Shown here: one piece after another, positions 58,886-64,000 of the stretch
Numbering within the stretch: position 1 is the stretch's first letter
Layout: every line of letters begins with the position of its first letter
Assembly (NCBI GenBank): GCA_030696285.1
Contig: JAUYSQ010000068.1
Coordinates: 2,231-66,230, forward strand
Source of the DNA: Sulfuricurvum sp.
Lineage (GTDB): Bacteria > Campylobacterota > Campylobacteria > Campylobacterales > Sulfurimonadaceae
Reading direction: 5' to 3'
DNA: 64,000 nt
Program-made: the position numbers and the translations under genes
The notes under the pieces: generated by a model
Database searches by the model: none
What the model was told of the DNA's origin: nothing
The model's input: the letters and a program-made list of their open reading frames with translations, nothing else

Positions 58886-59277
58886 CCCACTTCTTGCAAA
58901 TCTTCGGGTTCTTCTTGAACAATTTTACCGATACCGCGATCCTCATTCGGGATGTCTTTTCGGTATTTTTTCTCTCTAAAGGCAGGAGATTTCGGAATAC
59001 CGTTTTTCTCTCCCAGTTTATACATTTCACCATTAAGAAAATGAGCGTCAAACTCTTTGGTATAAGGCATGTCCCACGTAATACATCCGATACTCGGACA
59101 AATCGCCGCACATTGTGGATCATCATACACACCAACGCATTCGATGCACTTCTCAGGTTGCACATAATAACGCTTGTTCCCCATTGGACTTTCGGTATCA
59201 TCTACGATTGCGTTGACCGGACATTGTTGTAAACACGCATCGCACGTGATACAAGTATCATCAATAATAACAGACAT
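58882..59277 (-). CDS. 2x[4Fe-4S] ferredoxin with C-terminal extension
   Basis: CITCDACLQQCP and CIECVG.....QCAAICP; start MSVIIDD at 59277 after AAGGAG. Confidence 0.9.
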   Translation of the reverse strand: MSVIIDDTCITCDACLQQCPVNAIVDDTESPMGNKRYYVQPEKCIECVGVYDDPQCAAICPSIGCITWDMPYTKEFDAHFLNGEMYKLGEKNGIPKSPAFREKKYRKDIPNEDRGIGKIVQEEPEDLQEVG

Positions 59278-59296
59278 TTCATATCTCCTTAAGAAA

Positions 59297-59370
59297 TTCT
59301 GCCCTGCAAGGGCAAGCTTTAGTGCCTTAGCGGCAAGCGTAGCTATCTGGATGCATTCAGATAGCGTTCT
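59297..59370. repeat. Two-hairpin repeat, family B, copy 2
   Basis: Core shared with 7854-7928; overlaps the stop of the NifX-like gene. Confidence 0.9.
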
Positions 59371-59737
59371 CCTTAGATGTGTGGACAATGCGCAGTAACC
59401 ACGGCGGCGGATTGCCCAATAATAACTCTTGAAGTTTTTTGATTGCTTCATTAATGAGTTCATTCTCAGCCGAACGCATCGGATAAATCTTGGAAGCCAA
59501 CACCATCTTCGACGCCGTCGGACCGATTTGGGAGCAAAACATAATGTCTGCTTCTTTTACCGTCCCGATTTTGTACGCCAGTTTTTCGTGTTCGTCTTCG
59601 ATCGCGTCTTGGGAGCTGTCGAGTGTTTTGATAAACTGGGCACTTTGTTCCGTGACACGATACAGCTCAAAACTCTTCGACCACCCAAAATGTTGATTGA
59701 CAGAAATTCCATCCGATGAAGCGAACGCGATTAACAT
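59357..59737 (-). CDS. NifX/NifY-family FeMo-cofactor carrier-like protein
   Basis: IAFASSDG..VNQHFG.S..F..Y, DIMFCSQIGPTA..MV....IYP. Confidence 0.85.
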   Translation of the reverse strand: MLIAFASSDGISVNQHFGWSKSFELYRVTEQSAQFIKTLDSSQDAIEDEHEKLAYKIGTVKEADIMFCSQIGPTASKMVLASKIYPMRSAENELINEAIKKLQELLLGNPPPWLLRIVHTSKENAI

Positions 59738-60112
59738 TTAGACGGCTACCGCTTCACGTGCTTGACGCATTTGGGTCGAAATGTCATCACGAAAAGTTTG
59801 CGGAGAAACTTCCGGAGAAAGCAACCCGCGTTTTTTGCTCGAACTGATAGCATAATCCGAACTGTTCACATAATAATCATTAAACTCAGCCGTGTAAGGC
59901 ATATCCCAAACAATACACTCTTCCGTAGGACACGCTGCCGCACATGCAGGTACTTCGGCATGACCGACACACTCGATACATTTTTCAGGTTTAACGTAGG
60001 TAAATTCCCAATCATCACGCGGTGAATCACCCTCGCTTACAATTGCCGCTACCGGACACTCATCGATACACGCGTCACAGTTAATACATAAATCAGTAAT
60101 CATTACTGCCAT
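59738..60112 (-). CDS. 2x[4Fe-4S] ferredoxin (FdxN-like) with C-terminal extension
   Basis: CINCDACIDECP and CIECVG.....ACAAACP; start MAVMITD at 60112. Confidence 0.9.
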   Translation of the reverse strand: MAVMITDLCINCDACIDECPVAAIVSEGDSPRDDWEFTYVKPEKCIECVGHAEVPACAAACPTEECIVWDMPYTAEFNDYYVNSSDYAISSSKKRGLLSPEVSPQTFRDDISTQMRQAREAVAV

Positions 60113-60136
60113 AATAGACTCCTTTAGATTATTTAA

Positions 60137-60179
60137 AACGCCATCGGAACACATCCCGATTGGCTATGCTAACGCTAAG
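60137..60179. repeat. Partial family B repeat, copy 3 (opposite orientation)
   Basis: Reverse complement tagccaatcgggatgtgttccgatggcgtt versus copy 1 tagccaaagggattttattcctttggcgtt. Confidence 0.6.
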
Positions 60180-60214
60180 TTCTCTTCGGTAGAGAGCCCG
60201 CGCACTTAGGTGCT

Positions 60215-60667
60215 TTATCCATTTTTCAATTGATATAATTTGTCTTTGCATTTTTCATACGAGGTGGAGTCTAATACGGGAAGCAATTTTATATCCACCG
60301 CTTTGAGCAGCAATGTCACTGCACACCCCTCACAAAGTTCCATCCGATCAAACGCATCTGTCGTGATAAGTGAATTCATAATGCCGCAGGGTGTTTCCAC
60401 GCTCACTTCACTCAGAACCAAACCCTTACGAAAATGTTGTAGTTCACCACTTAGATGGTTTTCAATCGAAACACTTCCCTCTTTTGACCCCGTACACAGT
60501 GATATTGCCGCCTCTTGGATACGGCACTCCACCTCATCACCGATACGGAGCCATTTGGGTGCTTCGGTTTTGAGAAGTTTTAATACCGTCTCTTTTGTAC
60601 GAACCGTGATACAGCTAAAAAATTCATCGCTTTTAATCTCTTCCACATAGGCTGGAAATGAGTTCAT
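60215..60667 (-). CDS. Tandem TOBE-domain (Mop/ModE-like molybdate-binding) protein
   Basis: SIENHLSGEL...GLVLSEV.V......MNSLITT.A...MEL.EG..VT.L.KA..I. Confidence 0.8.
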   Translation of the reverse strand: MNSFPAYVEEIKSDEFFSCITVRTKETVLKLLKTEAPKWLRIGDEVECRIQEAAISLCTGSKEGSVSIENHLSGELQHFRKGLVLSEVSVETPCGIMNSLITTDAFDRMELCEGCAVTLLLKAVDIKLLPVLDSTSYEKCKDKLYQLKNG

Positions 60668-60679
60668 AATAGACTCCTA

Positions 60680-61408
60680 TTACCAAAGATAGATGACGAT
60701 TCTTTTATCAATAACGTTTTCAAACTGTTCCAATATCATCCCCGCTGTCGAAGTAGGTCCCAGATGACATCCCGAACACGCACCCAAATATCGGAGCCAG
60801 ATTTCAGGAGTATCACCGCTTATGTAGTTAACCAATTCCACTCCGCCGCCGTCGCTTGCGAGGATGGGTCCGAGATTGTCACTAATCACCAACTCGACTT
60901 TCTCTCTCTGGATTGCTTCATCCAACACTCGAAATGCGACATTTATGTCGTTATCTTCACTCTTGTTACTGACATAGGTCAAAAGTGAATGCGCCTGAGA
61001 TTCTCCCGCATGCGCCGCTTTTATCATCCATTTCATCGAGCTTAACACGTCATCATTTCGAAGCAAGATTCCCAGTTTGAGCTGTGCGGTTACCATATTG
61101 GCATTGGCTGCCACGGTATAATGGCGAATCGACTCTTCCATATTTGCCGTGACCCCGATCCCGTTTTCATACATCCCGCCCAGATAAAATGCCGCCGTTT
61201 CATGTCCTAAGGATGCCGCACGTTCAAACAGCTCGTACGCTTTATGAATGTTTTTAGGCATACCGAACCCTTTAACATACATAGTTCCTAGGTTGACCAT
61301 TGCATTACTGTTAGATTCACCAAGAGATTCCCAAATTGCTTTTGCACTCATGTAATCTTTCGCATCGTAGGCTTTTATCGCCTGCTGCATCAATGTCTCT
61401 TCTTCCAT
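60680..61408 (-). CDS. Sel1-like repeat protein fused to a C-terminal NifU-C/Nfu domain
   Basis: AMVNLGTMYVKGFG, AAFYLGGMYENGIG, AQLKLG repeats; LGPILASDGGGVELV...YLGACSGC. Confidence 0.85.
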   Translation of the reverse strand: MEEETLMQQAIKAYDAKDYMSAKAIWESLGESNSNAMVNLGTMYVKGFGMPKNIHKAYELFERAASLGHETAAFYLGGMYENGIGVTANMEESIRHYTVAANANMVTAQLKLGILLRNDDVLSSMKWMIKAAHAGESQAHSLLTYVSNKSEDNDINVAFRVLDEAIQREKVELVISDNLGPILASDGGGVELVNYISGDTPEIWLRYLGACSGCHLGPTSTAGMILEQFENVIDKRIVIYLW

Positions 61409-61445
61409 GGTCGCTCCCTATTTTTACTCTTATTAAGAAGGGCGT

Positions 61446-61460
61446 TGCAATTGCTGTTCA
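61446..61460 (-). promoter_or_regulatory. nif motif TGAAC-N5-TTGCA upstream of the Sel1-Nfu operon
   Basis: Minus strand TGAACagcaaTTGCA, 37 nt before the ATG at 61408. Confidence 0.65.
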
Positions 61461-61468
61461 CAATTAAG

Positions 61469-61483
61469 AGAATGAAAAATGCA
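61469..61483 (+). promoter_or_regulatory. Weaker divergent nif motif AGAAT-N5-ATGCA
   Basis: 33 nt before the ATG at 61517; two mismatches to the consensus. Confidence 0.35.
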
Positions 61484-61516
61484 TTACTGAAATTAATCTA
61501 ACAGAAGAGAACCAAC

Positions 61517-61738
61517 ATGGAATACATCATAACAGCAGAGATGGAAGAGATACGTCATCTCATCGCCCAAACGGCCGCCAAGCGAAATACTCTCAAAATC
61601 GAGATGGAAAAATGGTACGAAACCAATACCAAACGGTTTAATCGTACCAATGAACTCATCACCGTCGATTCAACCCTATCCGAACTCGACAGCCATTACA
61701 AACGGCTATGGGATTATCACAATGCAAAAGTATCTTAA
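61517..61738 (+). CDS. Hypothetical coiled-coil protein
   Basis: 73-aa ORF, first of three closely spaced genes. Confidence 0.7.
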   Translation: MEYIITAEMEEIRHLIAQTAAKRNTLKIEMEKWYETNTKRFNRTNELITVDSTLSELDSHYKRLWDYHNAKVS

Positions 61739-61747
61739 GGAGTTCCT

Positions 61748-62233
61748 ATGAATGAAAATCTAAAAAGCGACATACTCAAACACGCCCGTGCGGCATTTGA
61801 ACAAGCCTGTACCCTACGTGAAAACGAACGGGTAGAAGTCTACATTTATGATGGTGCCGTCAAAACCTCAGACGCATTGGGGGAAGAGCATACAATCATC
61901 TACACACCCAGCCGTATTTTGTGCTATCAGGTATGGGGTCATGATTACCTAGAGGAAGAGATTCGCGCATGGATCGATCACGCCCGTACAGAAATCAGCC
62001 CAAAACCTCTCGAAGAGAGCATCGTCGAAACACTGAATAAAGTTGCAGCATCCAAAGGTGTCAGCCCCGATGAAATCAACTCGTATGAAGTCTTTGCCAA
62101 CCTGCGTATGGAGCAAATCGAACAGATTGAACATGCGATTATCGAATACTGGTGGGATAACAAAGAGGTTGAAAATGCTAAGTCTCTCGCGCTAGTACAG
62201 ATCAATGAAGCATTACGGAGTATGGAGGGATGA
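61748..62233 (+). CDS. Hypothetical protein
   Basis: 161 aa; RBS AAGGAG. Confidence 0.75.
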   Translation: MNENLKSDILKHARAAFEQACTLRENERVEVYIYDGAVKTSDALGEEHTIIYTPSRILCYQVWGHDYLEEEIRAWIDHARTEISPKPLEESIVETLNKVAASKGVSPDEINSYEVFANLRMEQIEQIEHAIIEYWWDNKEVENAKSLALVQINEALRSMEG

Positions 62234-62457
62234 TTCTAACCCTCTCTTCGATCGAACAAACCCTTCATATCGAAATGAGTAAAGAACAATTCAAACACCT
62301 TCGTGACCCTAAAATTACTAAGAAAGAGATAGAGGCTATTGCTTCTGATTGTGGAGTTGATTCTACACTCTTGACAGAATACACAGCGGATTTGAAAAAA
62401 TCAGCCAAAGAGATGATCGAGCTTGACGGATCATGCGATTACAGTGATCATCTTTGA
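62230..62457 (+). CDS. Hypothetical protein
   Basis: 75 aa; ATGA overlap with the upstream gene. Confidence 0.7.
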   Translation: MILTLSSIEQTLHIEMSKEQFKHLRDPKITKKEIEAIASDCGVDSTLLTEYTADLKKSAKEMIELDGSCDYSDHL

Positions 62458-62775
62458 TCAAAAAAAGAACCAAATCAATAACGCGGCACCAATGGCGAGA
62501 TTAAACCAGCTTCCCCCCTCTTCGAACATCATGACTAAAAAATCAAAATAATATTTTTCAATTGTCGAGGTGGTCTGAAGTAATCCCTCTTTGGCATACG
62601 CGGTGATTTCAATGCCATAGATAAAGGCGATGACCTCAGGGACGATCAAAAAGAGAATAATTCCAAAAAAACCCCACAGCGATTTTTCAGGTTTCATCGC
62701 GATTAATGCTTTTTTCGTAGTGGGACTTTGGGCGATTTGGCGGGCTTTGGCTTGTAATTTATGTTTCATGCGCAA
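62458..62775 (-). CDS. Hypothetical membrane protein (two TM helices)
   Basis: LWGFFGIILFLIVPEVIAFI and WFNLAIGAALLIWFFF. Confidence 0.7.
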   Translation of the reverse strand: MRMKHKLQAKARQIAQSPTTKKALIAMKPEKSLWGFFGIILFLIVPEVIAFIYGIEITAYAKEGLLQTTSTIEKYYFDFLVMMFEEGGSWFNLAIGAALLIWFFF

Positions 62776-62817
62776 TTATACAATGCTTTTCAGTAAGGAA
62801 AAATAACCTATTTTAAA

Positions 62818-64000
62818 TCAATCAAAAATAATATATTGATTTTTACCAGACATCTTTGCTTTATACATGGCTTGATCGGCTTGTTTTATAATCTGATCGG
62901 CTTCTAATTCCTTCGTTTGCGGATAAAATGTAATGCCAACGCTTGCGGAAACAGTGATAGAAAAATTATCAATAGTAATCGGCTCCGATACACTATCAAG
63001 CACTCTCGTTAAAAAAGAGCCAACAGCCTTTTTATTTGGAATATCAACCATCAGCGCTATAAATTCATCTCCCCCTACTCGAGAAATTGTATCGCCTTCG
63101 CGAAGCAGTCTCGTCATTTTTTCAGCCAATACGATGAGCAGTTTATCCCCAACATCATGTCCGTAACTGTCATTCACTTGTTTAAAACCATCAATATCAA
63201 TATAGGCAACGGCGATTAATTGTTTTCGGCGAATCGCCTGAACTATTGCCTGTTGAATACGGTCAGCAAATAAAAAACGGTTTGGTAAATTGGTTAATGC
63301 ATCATAATGAGCAGCATGTTCAAGTTCTTCCTGCTGGTGTTTTTGCAGTGTAATATCGGTAAAAATAGCTACATAGTTTTTCACCGCTTTATTCTCGTCA
63401 TAAACAGCACTAATATTTAAATACTCAGCATACTCGTTTCCACTTTTCTTCCGGTTCCATAGTTCACCATTCCAAAAGCCATATTTTTTCAAATGCCCCC
63501 ATAGGTCATCATAAAAATCTTCATTATTGCGTCCTGATTGAAGGATCTTTGGATTTTTACCCAGCACTTCAGCGAGTGAGTAACCTGTTATCTCAATAAA
63601 TGCTTCATTGACATCAATAATATTATTATCGGCATCCGTAATGATAATCCCTTCACGCGCAGACGTAAAGACACTGGCTGAGAGTTTAAGCTTATCTTCG
63701 ATTTCCTTACGCTTAGTTATATCTCTGACAAACGCAAGACTGAATTTAATGCCTCTGTACTCAACATAGTTTGCATTTATTTCAACGGGAATAACCGTTC
63801 CTTTTTTATCTTTATGCCTTGATGTAAAAATAATTGAACCTCTCTGTTCCAATTCTACAAAAAAAGCAGGTAAGTACTCCGGAAGAAAATCTGGATCAAT
63901 ATCAAATATCCCTATATGTTTAAATTCCTCTTTTGTATAACACAATTGACGAACTGAACCATTACTCACATACTTAAAAAATCCCTCTTCATTCGTCAAA
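62818..64000 (-). CDS. PAS-PAS-GGDEF diguanylate cyclase, 3' part (start lies beyond the right edge)
   Basis: PAS (VNEAFIEITGYS..EVLGKNP), DIDGFKQVNDSYGH, RVGGDEF; frame open to the window end. Confidence 0.88.
   Translation of the reverse strand, partial: LTNEEGFFKYVSNGSVRQLCYTKEEFKHIGIFDIDPDFLPEYLPAFFVELEQRGSIIFTSRHKDKKGTVIPVEINANYVEYRGIKFSLAFVRDITKRKEIEDKLKLSASVFTSAREGIIITDADNNIIDVNEAFIEITGYSLAEVLGKNPKILQSGRNNEDFYDDLWGHLKKYGFWNGELWNRKKSGNEYAEYLNISAVYDENKAVKNYVAIFTDITLQKHQQEELEHAAHYDALTNLPNRFLFADRIQQAIVQAIRRKQLIAVAYIDIDGFKQVNDSYGHDVGDKLLIVLAEKMTRLLREGDTISRVGGDEFIALMVDIPNKKAVGSFLTRVLDSVSEPITIDNFSITVSASVGITFYPQTKELEADQIIKQADQAMYKAKMSGKNQYIIFD

Overview
This is a Campylobacterota chromosomal segment. 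Its gene content looks Sulfuricurvum/Sulfurimonas-like, which I inferred rather than looked up. Left to right it holds: (1) a hydrogen-metabolism cluster with an IS1595-derived gene, two maturation proteases, hypF, hydE, the membrane-bound group 1b hydABC, and a TetR regulator with a cytoplasmic group 2d-like hydrogenase; (2) lipid-remodelling genes (EEP phosphatase, cardiolipin synthase, cis/trans isomerase) and several GGDEF proteins; (3) a dispersed Mo-nitrogenase system (nifH-orf-nifD-nifK, nifB-nifV, NifX-like genes, ferredoxins, clpP-clpX-nifS, TOBE, a Sel1-Nfu fusion) with a complete six-gene Ech-type (group 4) hydrogenase inside it, and no nifE/nifN in the window; (4) an AT-rich defence/toxin-antitoxin islet. 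The strongest candidate for an undescribed system is in that islet. A 90-aa protein with a C-terminal RHIM-like motif is encoded 3 nt upstream of a 1066-aa SAMD9/Avs9-like STAND-TPR-OB protein that carries a matching motif at its N-terminus (9/18 identical, ungapped), the layout of amyloid-signalled NLR/effector pairs. Also notable: a non-canonical -24/-12-like motif, WGAAY-N5-WTGCA, precedes seven nif-linked genes; a TGAAY-N4-RTTCA palindrome is shared by the tetR and hydA promoters; and there are several families of structured intergenic repeats with compensatory base changes. All family assignments come from motifs recognised by eye; no database search was run.
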